NCBI GenBank assembly: GCA_002269645.1
Contig: NIVC01000123.1
Span: 1-53,734, forward strand
Reading direction: 5' to 3'
From: Macrostomum lignano
Taxonomy: Eukaryota
Length of the DNA stretch: 53,734 nt
How positions within the stretch are numbered: position 1 is the stretch's first letter; each line of letters begins with the position of its first letter. The position numbers were made by a program, and so were the translations under genes. Positions 23,958-37,888 of this stretch are shown here, in pieces. The notes under the pieces are model-generated. The model was not told the origin of the DNA. It made no database searches and worked only from the letters and a program-made list of their open reading frames with translations.

Positions 23958-26900
23958 ATTTGTTTATTGCTAATTGTTCTATAGATATTTCGAAAATTGT
24001 GTAGATTGTCTCCCTTACTATAAAAATAAATTTACTTTGTTTTAGCTGTTCGACGAAATGGTTGATCTTTGTTGAAACTTGTTGAAACTCGGTGTGACGA
24101 TTATGACGACATCCCAGGATTAAATAACGAAGACAAATAACAACGGAGGCAATTGGTGTGGCGGTAGCACTCAGACTTAACACAGTTGTACGGTACAATG
24201 GCGATTATTTATTATGGTTAAATAGGCTCGCTCGCTATACATTCCAGTCGGCAATAAAGAGAGGGACTGGGCCTGATTGGGAGCTGAATCCGTTAGACCG
24301 TTACTATGGTATTTTGGGCACTGCGGCAGGCAACAGAAATGGTGATGGATAGCTAATAGGTTACGACGATGGACTGCGATGGTATGATGGCAATGATATG
24401 GAATATAGGCAGCACTATCAGCCAGACAGGATGATAACGAGCGGGCTGGGGGTGGGCGCACAAGGAAAGCTTAATTTTAGGCTAGCATAAAATATGCGCG
24501 GCCTTCCTATTGGCCGGCAAGAAAACCAACTTGAAAACAAAAATTACATCGATCGCATTGTACATTAGGCTTTACGAACGTCGCGCAATGTTGTTAAAAT
24601 TCCTTGGGCGTTACTATAAGCAGACGTTAGAGTACGAGACTATCTAAATGACATCAAATTAACGATATTATAAAATGGCACTGCTTACGCTAAAACGGCC
24701 CTTGTCGGGGCCACCTTAACTGACAACGTCACACCGGGAGTTCTCAGATATCATTAATGTATTATATGTAAAATTACTATGTGTAAGTGTGAATGTACAT
24801 ACATTGTACATTAAATAAATTAACATGTACGTGCCAGTATATAACACTGGACACTAGCATGTACAATTTGTATACATGTAAATTCGTTACAAATTACGGT
24901 TTCGACAGAATCGTCAAATCAAAGATTGCAGCTATAGTGTTTATGCTAGTTTAACTAGTGTGTACTGTTCATGACTGAGACCTGGCTTATTTAATTTTGG
25001 AGCTTATAGGGACGTATTTGATATCAATGTTGTGAAGGGAGGCTGAGGCATTTACATGTAAGTAACTTAGGGCTTTAGGTTTTTTTGTACCAACAAAAGC
25101 ACAATTTACGATAACTACATATTTTGATCAATAAAATGTTTTACTGCTTAAATGTACATACAAGACATTAGGGCTTTTCCCGGAAGGTACGTTCAAATGG
25201 AATTTTTTTATTAATCATTGTTTCGATCACTTTTATGTGTGTGGACTTGGTACTATTTAGTAAAGAACAGTGTATGAAAAATACTAATCATTAAAATTGT
25301 AATATGCTTTTATCTATTTTATAATACTAGCGAGCTGTTGAAACCCGCGGATTTTGAACCCGCTGAATTCCGATCCCCAGAACTGTTTTTCCATGCATTC
25401 CTAAATCTAAAGTCATACTCAAACAAACACTTGTAAGTAGTGGGGATATAGGTAAACAAAAGTTGGAGTAAATGTGTATTAAATTAAGATTTGAGGCCTT
25501 TAAAACTTCTCTCCTCTCCTCACTCTTCTCATCCATGTCCACTTTTCTATCACTCCTCTAGTCCTCTCCTGTCCTCTCTCCTTTCTACTCTTTTTCCTTC
25601 TCCTCTCCTCTCTTCTCTCCTATTTCCTCAATTCTCTCTCCTCTCTTTTTGGAATTAGAATTGCATAGAATAGGATGCAGGGTAAAGGTGTAAACAATTT
25701 GCAGAACAGTAAATCATTGTTAGGGATATTAGTAGGAGGTTAGTAGAATATGCAAATGCATTTTGTGTTAGGGGCCTAGAATTTGCAAGTAGCAGGGCAT
25801 ACGTAAATACATACTTTTACATAAGTAAATACATATAGACAACAGAGTTTAAGTTACAATTACAATAAATAGGATTTTGTACATTTCACACTATGTATGA
25901 ATGTTTATTTAGTACCATTTTTTCAAGTTTAGGCTCTATCACTATTAAAAGGAACAAACTCTATTACTGACAGAGTTTGACTAAGCATTTTAACTATCAA
26001 TGAGTTTATTTCTAGGTTTAATAATCATTATTTAATTGAATGACATAACAAATACAAATAGTAGTATATATGGGTCCTAGTCATTTTGTCAACTAGCATT
26101 TTGTCAACTAGCGATTTCCTCAACTTGGTTTTCTCATTAGTTGTTTTGTCAACTAGCCAATGAAGTGATCTCAAACCTCGGTCACTTTGAGATTAATCCT
26201 TATTCCTTCACCTCTCCTTTCTTCTTTTTCCTCTCTAACCTAATAGACATATAATCTGGTTAGGCCTAATCCTAACATTCTATCTTAGCACTTGTTTAGT
26301 CTCTTACAATTGGCAGTAAAGTTGCCACAAAATTTGTTCTAATAATTAGAAGTTTAATGTTAATAAAAAGTATATAGGCCAAATCAAACTAAGAGCTGAT
26401 TTTAAAATCACTTGACTTTTTTATTAAAAAAAATCATAAAAAGTACAATATAAGTTGTATTATACTATTAGAAAGCTATCCTACCTCCAAAAGGTATAAT
26501 GCATGACAGAATTTTTCAGCATGCATTTAAAAAGTGTTAACATGCATGCATAGCATGCCATATTCCTAAAGATACTATTTTTAGGGAAAATTCTTATATG
26601 CAACAAGGTCTAAAGCAGTCTTGTACCTCATGTATAGCATGTATCAAAGAGTTGATAATTTTTTTGGTTTGCTATATAATAGCCTAGCTGTGCCATATGG
26701 AAAATATTTTTAGTCCTTAGTCTTTAGTCTCTTTATATTTTTATTAGTTTTATCTTTTTAGTATATCCTAGTCCTTTTAAAACATGACATAAATTCTTAT
26801 TTTAAATAAGATTATACATTTTCATTAAAAGGAACATAGTTAATTTAATAACTAAAAAGCAATAAAATATATTTAGGTTGCAAGAAAAGAAGCAATTCTA

Positions 26901-29900
26901 TAAGCATTTTTTATCTATAGTCTCATATCATAAAGTCAAAACACAAAAAGGTCCTTTATTGTTACAATGCTCCAACTTGCAATCCCCTCCCCCTGGTCCA
27001 TTGGTACACACTTGGTGGATTTGATCCAACCCTCCCACATCTATTATGCAGAACAAAAAATTCTATGTGCACATTGCATATTTGGGAACTATAGAGGACA
27101 CTAGCAATCTATGCCCTCTGTTGGGGAGCCAAAGAAATGCAATACTTGCAGAACTTGCCATATTTAAATAAGTAAAAGATAAATTAGGAGTGTTTTTTCT
27201 AGAAGTATTAAATAGGATTAGTGTATATAATGTTAAGTATATCAACAGTTTTTTAGTAGATATATATGTTATATTTTTAGTTTAGTTTTACATGTTTACA
27301 TTATAAAAATTGCTAAAAAGGTCCTTTATTGTTGCAACTACAAGAAGCCTTTACAACTGCTAGTGTCGTTTGAAGCAATGTTGGTATTTCATGCATTGAT
27401 TTGATAGCATTCTAGCAAGTAGCCAGCATGACTTATTTGAGGCACCTCCACATACATGGCAACTGCTGGCCGATCCTGCCTATCTACTAAATTGTGGTGG
27501 ACCATGGGTTATAAAAATACCCCTTGAATAGCTATACTAATTAGTTGGAGGCATTTTTGTTTCCATTGACAGTCATAGTTACTCTGCCGTTACAAATAAG
27601 GTTTATTTGGCATTTAAGTGGTTTCTTTCAAGGTAATCGATTTGGTCAAAAAGGTACGCATGGCCGTAAACAGGGGGGTTACGCATTATGGGACATATGA
27701 CGGACAATTAGCGGAAATTGCTACCCAATTTCATTATTTGCATTTTTATGTCTGTGTTATAAAAGAAATTTTTTTAATATCAACTTCAACCAGTTTTCAT
27801 TTTGTTTTACTAGTTATTATTATTTCTTACATTTGTTAAGTTTCTAAATATCTACAAAACTTTTTGAAAACGAAAAATGAATTTTTTCACAAATTTTCTC
27901 ATTAGGCATCCGGCATAGCATAGCATAGCGATAGCATGATAGCAGCGAGACAGAGAGAGCCAGTCAAAGCCTGCAAGAGACTAAGAATCTGGCATTCTTA
28001 TTTCTTAGCCATATGTAGCATTTAGCTCCTTAGCATATTGTAGCGAAACAAAACAGAATCACAACACAGAAAACTGAAAAAGGCACCAAGCACACAATTG
28101 CATACAACAATACTAAAGAAAACTTAGATAAAGATACTATATTTACGAAAAAAAAATTAACATTAATGCATGAACGAACAACAAGTACATTTTATTGCTA
28201 TCCTATTATCCTTTTTATCTGTCCTTTTCTGTCTGCCCCACTTTTCATGCAAAAATATCAATTTTTGTTATACATTACGGCTACGGTTACAGCAAATTAC
28301 GGTTACGGACTTTTTTAGCCCGTAATGATGGCAAAATTTGGCTACGGAAGTTGCTTCTTTCTTACGGTTACGGTTACGGAGGTCAAAACTCACGGCGGCA
28401 GAACACTATGGTATATTGTTTGGCCTTTCTTATATAATTATCCAATTGCTAAATAAAGCCACTAGATTATGCATATGGAACCCCCTTGATTTACACTGGC
28501 TATGCAACTTACTTTTTGACCAACTTTTTGGCTTGTCATCTAATTAGTACTATAATTATATTTTATTGGGTGGTCATTTTTGCAACTTTCCTTGGCTGGG
28601 CCCCTTGCCAGCTGGCCAGATTGGCTAGGTGTTGCACATTTATATACAAGATTCTATTCTATGTGCTTGTAAAATGATAAATATATATTTTGTGTTTTAA
28701 ATATCTTGAAACTAATGTTTTGAATTTGAAATTCATTTCAATAACTACATATTTAACCAGTTTCAAATGTGCTTTAAAGGCAAAACAAAGAACAATATTT
28801 GTTATTAGGCTTATTTGATTATGATAATATTTTCAATTTTATTATTGTTTGTTATTTATTATATTTATTTTAAGTTGAATAAACTCTAAATGCTAGATAA
28901 ATTAAGCTGGCTAGGTTTATAAATGTAATACCTTTTTCATCAGGGAATAAGCAAAATTCGTGAATTAGATGTGCACATTCCAGTCAACCTTGCTAAACTA
29001 GCTAGCATTCATTTTGTTAAACTTTTTGAAAATTTATAACTTCTAATAAGTTTTTTGTAGCTTTGGTATTCATGTGAAAGCGCCATTGCAATGGTACCCT
29101 TGGTAATAGGCTTTGGGGATAGTGAAGCTGTTTAATAATTAATAATCTACTTGTTTAGTTATTGTCCTTTATGATGGTTGCTATTATCTGTATTTATTGT
29201 TTAAAAAACTGTTGTACAACATTGGGCCTAAGCAAAAAAGATACTATCATTTTTTCAGTATGCCTTGTCAAGAATTTTTTATTTCTGTTATATTGCTTCT
29301 AGAATTTTGTGAAACTTTTAAAAATTGCATTAAAATTGGCTGTATAACACTTTATATAAAATATGTTTCATGACATCTACTTGAATTTTCTACTAATATG
29401 AATGGAAATTGTCACACCAATGCTAGTCAATAATTATTGCCAACCATTCTGTAGCCATGGTAAATGAGTTTTCCTACTATGAGAAGGTTTAAAAAACTTT
29501 TTTACCTTGTTCTCATGAAATTTTAAAATATAAACTCTACTACTAGAATTTTCTATATATGAATTTAAATTGCTTTTAGTTCTTTTTAAGATGGGGTAAG
29601 AAAAAATATTCTACTATAGATTTTTTAATTTTTTAATGCTTTTATTCTTTTTAAGAGGGGTTAAAAAACTTTTTTACCTTGAAGGCCAGATATCAAACCT
29701 AAGAGCATGACTGCTGGCCAGAAAAGGGGAGAGAGGAGAGGTAATAGAGCAGAGAAGAAGGTAGATGGGAGAAATGAGAGGCAAGAGAATAAAGAAGAGC
29801 TGAGTGACAGAGTAGAGAAGAGATTAGAGCCAAACCTTGAGCTAATTGGTAAAATCATTATCGAATTATATACTCCTCAATTTAAATATGATTAGCAATA

Positions 29901-30125
29901 TGAAGCATTAGATATATCATTTTAGAGCTTTTGTGCGGGAAAAATTGTCCATTGGCTTTGTGTAGGGCCAGCCCTAAAGTCACAGAGAGTGTTCATGTCT
30001 GACGATTAGAAAGTCAGAGGCCGCTGTACACCCTGTGTGAGCCAGGTGTCACTGCTTGCGCAGATATAATTAGAATCGCAGTTCTCTAATCTCTATACAA
30101 AAACTATGACATTTAACAACCCCAG

Positions 30126-30443
30126 AGCAAGCTATCGGCTTCAATCTCGTGGATCATCTCTAAGGCCTTCCCGCCGCAGACTCCAAAGCCGGACATTTAC
30201 AATCTGATATTCGACGCCAATACCGAATGCCAGCTGACTCATCACGTGATCCGCGGCCTCACGTCTAACAATCTCTATTCGGCCGCTTGCAGTACCCTGT
30301 TCCCGAATTCTCGCCAGGAGACTTGGACAGATCACGATTGCATTCTGAGAAATCTTCGTCGCAGAGGCATCCCAGTGTTGGACGAGAAAGGATGCCAGAT
30401 TACTCAGACTGTTTTGCAACGCGACGAGGGTGGAAATTTGCAC
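30126..30443 (+). CDS. CAMSAP: CAMSAP/Patronin N-terminal conserved exon
   Basis: SKLSASISWIISKAF...LYSAACSTL...HDCILRNLRRRGI resembles the CAMSAP N-terminus. CCCAG acceptor; phase-0 donor GTGAGT at 30444 joins in frame to KAHLALIDGLM. Confidence 0.8.
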
Positions 30444-30597
30444 GTGAGTTTTAAAGGACACTTAATTTAGTACTTATAGTAGCTGTATGCATGCTTTACT
30501 AACTTCAACATTTTGTGGCTTGGCGATTGTTGCAAATATGATCTTTCTACTTGAATAAATTAACTTTTGGTGTTAGAGATGCAATGAATATGCTTTA

Positions 30598-30810
30598 TCC
30601 AGATTTAAGCATGCGATTTACTCTACTATAAGTAGAAAAATAAGTAAAATAAAAGAAGCATATGAAAATGTGATTCAATACCAGATTTACGTTGCGATTT
30701 CCTACTTTCCTACTATAAGTAGAAATATAAGTAAAAGTAAAAAAATCATACGTAAAATGTGATCCAATACCAGATTAAAGCATGCAAGTTCCTCTACTAT
30801 AAGTAAAAAA
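30598..30810. repeat. Degenerate tandem repeat, about 2.5 copies of an ~85-bp unit, in CAMSAP intron
   Basis: CCAGATT...CTACTATAAGTA...AAAATGTGAT.CAATA recurs. Confidence 0.6.
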
Positions 30811-31761
30811 CAATCATCTTCGCAGAATCGCCTCTCAACTGGCCGTTCAATGTCATTCGCATCGGCTGTGGGTGCCCAATTTATTATTAATAAGTGCTTA
30901 TGTATAGTTATCTAAAATCGTCCATATATTTTGGTGAAGGACTTCTGGTTGTTGAAGATTATAACGGAGATTATATCAAATAGCCCACATGGTTTTATGG
31001 TTTCCAATTTGTTTATTTGAATTTAATAGATTATTTGAAACTACTTACAAGACATGCATTCAGTAGTATGTTTAATATCTATACCTATAAAAATCAAAAC
31101 TCTGTGTGTCTGTGGACAATTCTAGCGATATAAATGAACATTATTATCCAACTGGGCCTTTCTTTAAGAGAAAGAATTCACGGTGATTGGATTTCGCACA
31201 TGTCAGTTTAATGCATATAAACCTAGAGTTATGAAAAAATTACCATAAAAAGAGTTAACATAAAATTATTGTATAATTCTATAATATCTGTTTGCAGCAT
31301 CCACATGCGCCATCCTTGATGCGCTGCGTTATGCCAGGCGATTCGGCGAATCAAAATTTGTCCTTTCCATTTGTGAGCTTAACTTATTCGTTTTTATCAT
31401 TTATTAATCAGAGTAATAAATATCGTACTCTGCAGCCTTTCAATCACTGGATTTGAGCTAATTTATATCACCTTGCGCATGCCATCTTCATCTGTCAGTC
31501 TACAATTGACTAAAGTGGAGAAAATTCATAAATTGTAGCTATTTTTTATTGTTTGACTGTTGGGAGTGGGTTTACCTTTAAATTACTTTTATTATTAAAA
31601 ACATGCTATACATTTTCTAAAACTTCTCGTAGCATCCACTTAAATTAGAATACAGTCTAATTTACAGAGATTTGCGAAATGATTGGACCTGATCAAACGA
31701 CATTTAAGACAAACGTTTAAGACGTTTGCTTTAGCAGATATTCCTACAAAGGCAAACAGAC

Positions 31762-33170
31762 ATCAAGACTGAAACACTAGGACACATCAAGACCAGGACA
31801 CTAAGACACATCAAGACCGTGACACTAAGGCACATCAAGACCAGGACACTAAGACACATCAAGACCGTGACACTAAGGCACATCAAGACCAGGACACTAA
31901 GACACATCAAGACCAGGACACTAAGACACATCAAGACTGGGACACTAAGACACATCAAGACCAGGACACTAAGACACATCAAGACCGTGACACTAAGGCA
32001 CATCAAGACCAGGACACTAAGACACATCAAGACCAGGACACTAAGACACATCAAGACCAGGACACTAAGACACATCAAGACTGGGACACTAAGACACATC
32101 AAGACCAGGACACTAAGACACATCAAGACCGTGACACTAAGGCACATCAAGACTGGGACACTAGGACACATCAAGACCAGGACACTAAGACACATCAAGA
32201 CCGTGACACTAAGGCACATCAAGACTGGGACACTAGGACACATCAAGACCAGGACACTAAGACACATCAAGACCGTGACACTAAGGCACATCAAGACTGG
32301 GACACTAGGACACATCAAGACCAGGACACTAAGACACATCAAGACCGTGACACTAAGGCACATCAAGACTGGGACACTAGGACACATCAAGACCAGGACA
32401 CTAAGACACATCAAGACCGTGACACTAAGGCACATCAAGACTGGGACACTAGGACACATCAAGACCAGGACACTAAGACACATCAAGACCGTGACACTAA
32501 GGCACATCAAGACTGGGACACTAGGACACATCAAGACCGGGACACTAAGGCACATCAAGACTGGGACACTAGGACACATCAAGACCGTGACACTAAGGCA
32601 CATCAAGACTGGGACACTAGGACACATCAAGGCCGTGACACTAAGGCACATCAAGACTGGGACACTAAGACACATCAAAACAAGGACACTAAGACACTTC
32701 AAGACTGGGACACTAAGGCACATCAAGACTGGGACACTAAGACACATCAAAACAAGGACACTAAGACACATCAAAACAAGGACACTAAGACACATCAAAA
32801 CAAGGACACTAAGACACTTCAAGACTGGGACACTAAGACACTTCAAGACTGGGACACTAAGGCACATCAAGACTGGGACACTAGGACACATCAAGACCGT
32901 GACACTAAGGCACATCAAGACTGGGACACTAAGACACATCAAAACAAGGACACTAAGACACTTCAAGACTGGGACACTAAGGCACATCAAGACTGGGACA
33001 CTAAGACACATCAAAACAAGGACACTAAGACACATCAAAACAAGGACACTAAGACACATCAAAACAAGGACACTAAGACACTTCAAGACTGGGACACTAA
33101 GACACTTCAAGACTGGGACACTAAGGCACATCAAGACTGGGACACTAAGACACATCAAGACGGGTACACT
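31762..33170. repeat. 21-bp minisatellite (GACACTAAGACACATCAAGAC-type) in CAMSAP intron
   Basis: About 65 tandem 21-bp units with ordered variants. Confidence 0.96.
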
Positions 33171-33424
33171 ATATTTTTAACAAACGTACTCCATATTTAA
33201 AAAGTTCTTTCTGGCCGTCTGCCTATTTCTGTAGCATTTTTGCCTAGTTGTGTTAACTATTTGTCCAAAATTTAGATTCTTAAATCTTCATTTTAAATCC
33301 GAGCAGTTTTTAGATTCATATGTTAAAATGATCTTAAATATTGAATGATTTAATTTCTAAACATATCGGTAGATGGTTGTTTGTTTCATAAGTTTTGTTC
33401 CTCGCCTTGAACTCGAATCCGCAG

Positions 33425-35671
33425 AAGGCTCACCTGGCCCTGATTGACGGCCTGATGATTGCCTACATCGAGGAGTGCGCCAGCAGCCAAGAAATCGAAG
33501 CGGCTGTCGGTCGATTCTGCACCAGAACCCCGCCGCCTCAGGTGCCCAAAGCTACACCCGAGGCGCTCGACCTGTGGATTCGCGAGGCCAATGCTGCCGC
33601 TTTGAAAGCTTTGCCAGTGCCGCCCGACCGACTGTTGGACGCGTCGGCCCGATTAGCTTTGCTAATAAATTTTTACGCTCCAGACCTGCTCCCGGTTACT
33701 ACGGTTGATCTGAATGGCAATTTGTCCTGGCAGAGAAAGGTAGACAATTGGAGTAGGGTGCGCGATTTCTGCGCCTCCTACCTGGCCGATAATCCGTTCG
33801 TAGCTCACCCGGCCGATATTGTCCGGTCAGCTGATCAGCTAAAATTAAATCTCACCTGTTTAACTGCGGAATTGTTTCGCCACCTGGAGATTAGCGGCAA
33901 GTTTAAACCGTCTTATCAGATTTACCGGACTTATCCTGCTATGCAGCAGCAACAGCAGACTCCTACGCCGACTCCTAGAAGACAATCAGCTTCTTCTATT
34001 AATAATTTCGATTATCCTTCTCAGCAACATCAGCAGCAGCAAGCGGCTAATTATGCTAATGAGCTTCATAATCAAAACAACGTTGTTGAAGAAGAAGAGG
34101 ACGAAGAGGAAGAAGAAGATTTTGCAACACCGGAAAGCGAGGAAGCTCCGCCGTTTGTTGCCCAGCAACAGCAGGTTATGCCAGGTGAAGCGCAAGAAGA
34201 TGATGATGAAGAGGAAGCAACGAGTCTGGCTAGCGAAGCTCGCAGCGACGATTCGAAAACAACTTGGCTAGATTATGCTAGGAAAACTGCTCAGAAAAAT
34301 ACGGCTGGCGATTTAGCCGCTAGAGGCGTTGCTAGGCAACAACCGAATTCGCAGCAGCAACAACAGCAACAATCGCAACAGCCAGTCTCCAATCTAGATT
34401 TGAAAATTCGTCTAGAAATGAAGAAGCGCCAAATTGAATTGGAAAAGAAGAAATTAGCCAGCCAGAGTAAGCGTGATAGAGAAGAGAAGGGCAGAGAGAT
34501 TTTCATGCAGCTGGTGCAGCGGCAGGCAGCGAGCTCGACGGCGTCTGGAACGTCGGCAGGCGCTGTCGCCACTTCAGCCAGCGGTAGCGGAGGCGGCAGC
34601 GGGCCCAGCAGCGGCCCGGGAAGTGTTAAAGAAGTTGACGCCGCCTATAGCGATAGGTTAGACATGCTGAATAACAGCTTGACTAGTTTGCAGGATGAGA
34701 TTAAAAAATTATCGCTGCAGCAAGAGCGAGCTGCTAGGGCCAGTCTGCAAGCTTTGCCCGAGCAGCAACCGCCGAAGCAGCAGCAGCCTCAGCAGCCGCC
34801 TCAGCGTGCTCGGGCCACTTGGCGGCAGCAGCCTCATCCTCAGCAGCCGCAGCATCTACCAAGCTTGCATCATCATCAGCAGCAGCATAGGCAGCGGCAG
34901 TATCACCATCTGCCTTTCCCGGCGCTGTCCACTTCTGCTGACGAAGACTCTAGCGGCGGCGGTTTTCGTTTATCTCCAGTTGCAGATGCTGGCCCGTCGT
35001 TGCATATTGGCTCTTCTGCTCCTAGTAGCAGCAATAAAAAGCCTAAACAGCAGCAGCAGCAGCAGCCGCAACAATCATCGCATTCGTCTGACTTGACCGT
35101 TGTGTCTCTGGCTAATAGTCACGGCACTGTGGTTCTCGATCGGCCCTCCGAGCATGTTGCTTCTAGTACACAGAACCAATCAGGTCAACAGAAGCAGCAA
35201 TTTAAGCAGGAAGAGGCTTTGGAACAGCAACAACAACAACAAGGCTTCTTCCTGGCCGGCGAAGAGCCAGCCGAAAAGGAAGATCTCCACAATGTCCAAA
35301 TCAACAAGAACAATTTCTTTATCAGTTTTGATGACGACGGAGCCGGCGCCACCGCGGCTGCCGCGCCAAGTCCGCGCCGAGCCAAACGGAAGCCACAGCT
35401 GTCCAGCTCGTTGCGCTCTTCGGCTACTAAAAACGGCGCCACCACCGCCGGCGCCAATCCGAATTCCAGCGCCGGCTCCGGTTCAGTCGATGCGTCCGTG
35501 TCCTCGACTTCATCAGACAAAAAAGAGAAGGACGCCGCTGTCCCGGTTGCTACGGCAGACTCTTCGGAGAATGAGAAGACTAGGAAATCGCCCGTGCTGC
35601 AGAACACCGCCTTCATCGTGATTGATGACGATAAAGAGGCTGAGAGAGCCGCTAGAATCAGAGAGTTGCAG
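33425..35671 (+). CDS. CAMSAP: CAMSAP/Patronin large exon (CH domain, CC1, CC2, Q/S-rich linkers)
   Basis: CCGCAG acceptor. AHLALIDGLMIAY; CH region LDLWIREAN...LALLINFYAP...LTAELF; CC1 LKIRLEMKKRQIE; CC2 LNNSLTSLQDEIKKLSLQQ. Donor GTGAGA at 35672. Confidence 0.9.
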
Positions 35672-35694
35672 GTGAGACGCTTTGATGAATCTCA

Positions 35695-36100
35695 ACCTCT
35701 GTCATTTTCTCATCTCACCCCGTTGCCATCCAATCTCACCACTAAACTCCATCCAGTCTCACTCCTCATCAATCTTCTCTGATATTAGCCTCGGTACATC
35801 GATATTCAATCACCGCTTCGAAGCCACCTGTCTCACCTAAGAAGTCGCACCCCTCGCCCATACAATCTGACTCCTCACTCATCCAATTTTACCCCTCTCT
35901 TATCCAATCTCACTCCTCGTCCATCCAGTCTCACCTCTTCTCCATCCTTTCCCACTTCTCGTCCATCCAACCCCACCCTCACCCATCCAATCTCGCCTTC
36001 TTGCTCATCCAATCTCATTCTTTTGCCCATCCAATCTTACCCCTCACCAATCCGATCTTCTATCTTTCCCATCCAATCTCACCCATCGCTCATCCCATCT
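35695..36100. repeat. Degenerate CATCCAATCTCAC-type repeat filling a CAMSAP intron
   Basis: Motif recurs with variable spacers; pyrimidine-rich. Confidence 0.6.
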
Positions 36101-36112
36101 TAAACCCGGCAG

Positions 36113-36724
36113 CAAAAGACAGCAGCCCGTCAGGCGGAGCTGGCCCAGAAACGCGCCGAACGCGAGCGCCTCGAAGAAGAAAAAGCCGCCCGTAAGGCGG
36201 CTGAACGCGAAGAGGCCGAGCGAAAAAAAGCAGAAGAACGCCAGCGCAGAGAGGAGATTTTCCGACTCTACAAGGAGCGAAAGCAGCAAGACGGAGGCGA
36301 CGACGACGCGCCAAGTGGAGCGACCGGAGGCGGCGGCGGCGGCGGCGGCGGCGGCTACGGCGGAAGTCGGTCAGTGTCAGCCAAGTCGACAATCCGCCGG
36401 CCCAAAAGTATGTTCATCGCCGCTGCTGCTGGCGGTGGCGCCGCCAACCGAGAGGTGAAAAAGTCGCCAAGCGTTGCCGATCTCAACGAGTCCGCGGCGT
36501 CGGAAGCTGCGGCCTCGTCGGCTGGAGCTGCGTCGGCCGCCGCCGCTGCTTCTTCGACGTCGACATCTGTGCAACGATCGGGTTCCGTTGCCCATCTGAC
36601 CGCTCAAGATCCAAACCTTCGGCTGTTTGTTAAACCAAAATCCAAGACTAATAAGCACGTTATTAATAATGCTATTAGTCACTGCTGCTTGGCCGGAATC
36701 GTTAACGAGCCGGTGAAGAAAAAG
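36113..36724 (+). CDS. CAMSAP: CAMSAP exon (CC3 coiled coil and start of CKK domain)
   Basis: Phase 0 both ends. EERQRREEIFRLYKERKQ; LFVKPKSKTNKHVINNAISHCCLAGIVNE; donor GTGAGT at 36725. Confidence 0.9.
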
Positions 36725-36799
36725 GTGAGTCAACGGGTTCTTAGTCCCTTTGTCACATGAGTAGCGAATTTGAAATTTGGGGATACAGGACACTCTTGG

Positions 36800-37790
36800 A
36801 GAGTGAGAGTAACAAAGAACTAGAGATCTAGCCTCATCTAGGATTGACAAAGAACTAGAGATCTAGCCTCACTTGGAGTGACAAAGATCTAGAGATCTAG
36901 GAGTGACAAAGATCTAGAGATCTGGGAGTGACAGAACCAGGAGAGTGACAAAGATCTAGAGATCTAGCCTCATCTTGGAGTGACAAAGAACTAGAGATCT
37001 AGCCTCACTTGGAGTGACAAAGATCTAGAGATCTAGGAGTGACAAAGATCTAGATATCTGGGAGTGACAGATCCAGGAGAGTGACAAAGATCTAGAGATC
37101 TAGCCTCATCTTGGAGTGACAAAGAACTAGAGATCTAGCCTCACTTGGAGTGACAAAGATCTAGAGATCTAGGAGTGACAAAGATCTAGAGATCTGGGAG
37201 TGACAGATCCAGGAGAGTGACAAAGATCTAGAGATCTGGGAGTGACAGATCCAGGAGAGTGACAAAGATCTAGAGATCTGGGAGTGACAGATCCAGGAGA
37301 GTGACAAAGATCTAGAGATCTAGCCTCATCTTGGAGTGACAAAGAACTAGAGATCTAGCCTCACTTGGAGTGACAAAGATCTAGAGATCTAGGAGTGACA
37401 AAGATCTAGAGATCTGGGAGTGACAGATCCAGGAGAGTGACAAAGATCTAGAGATCTAGCCTCATCTTGGAGTGACAAAGAACTAGAGATCTAGCCTCAC
37501 TTGGAGTGACAAAGATCTAGAGATCTGGGAGTGACAGATCCAGGAGAGTGACAAAGATCTAGAGATCTAGCCTCATCTTGGAGTGACAATGAACTAGAGA
37601 TCTAGCCTCACTTGGAGTGACAAAGATCTAGGAGAGTGACAAAGATCTAGAGATCTAGGAGTGACGGATGTCTACGATAGCGATGAAGATCTAGAGATCC
37701 AGGAGTGTGACGAAGATCTAGAGATCTAGGAGTGACGAAGATCTAGGAGTGACACATATCTAGATTGATGGGGATCTAGGCAAGCGATTT
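36800..37790. repeat. GAGTGACAAAGATCTAGAGATCT minisatellite with a 136-bp higher-order period, in the last CAMSAP intron
   Basis: Marker AGCCTCATCT at 36830, 36966, 37102, 37322, 37458, 37569. Confidence 0.92.
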
Positions 37791-37888
37791 AGAGAGTGAA
37801 GTAAAAATTAGTGACAGTTTTTGAGAGATTGACAAACAATTCCAGCTACCCAAATAGCATTGACTCCCGCCCCGTTATCAATGCTCAG

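Noticed and set aside
24280-24312. ELNPLDRY resembling the vertebrate CAMSAP1 LVPLDRYD N-terminus
   Set aside because: The only nearby GT gives a weak phase-1 donor incompatible with the phase-0 acceptor at 30126; likely chance.
31731-33180. 453-475 aa repetitive ORFs and a CRISPR-like appearance
   Set aside because: Head-to-tail 21-bp units with no unique spacers and no cas genes, lying inside a phase-consistent CAMSAP intron.
33475-36850. Secondary ORFs overlapping CAMSAP exons on both strands
   Set aside because: Alternative or antisense frames of GC-rich coding sequence; 36001-36760 is explained by the spliced exon 36113-36724.
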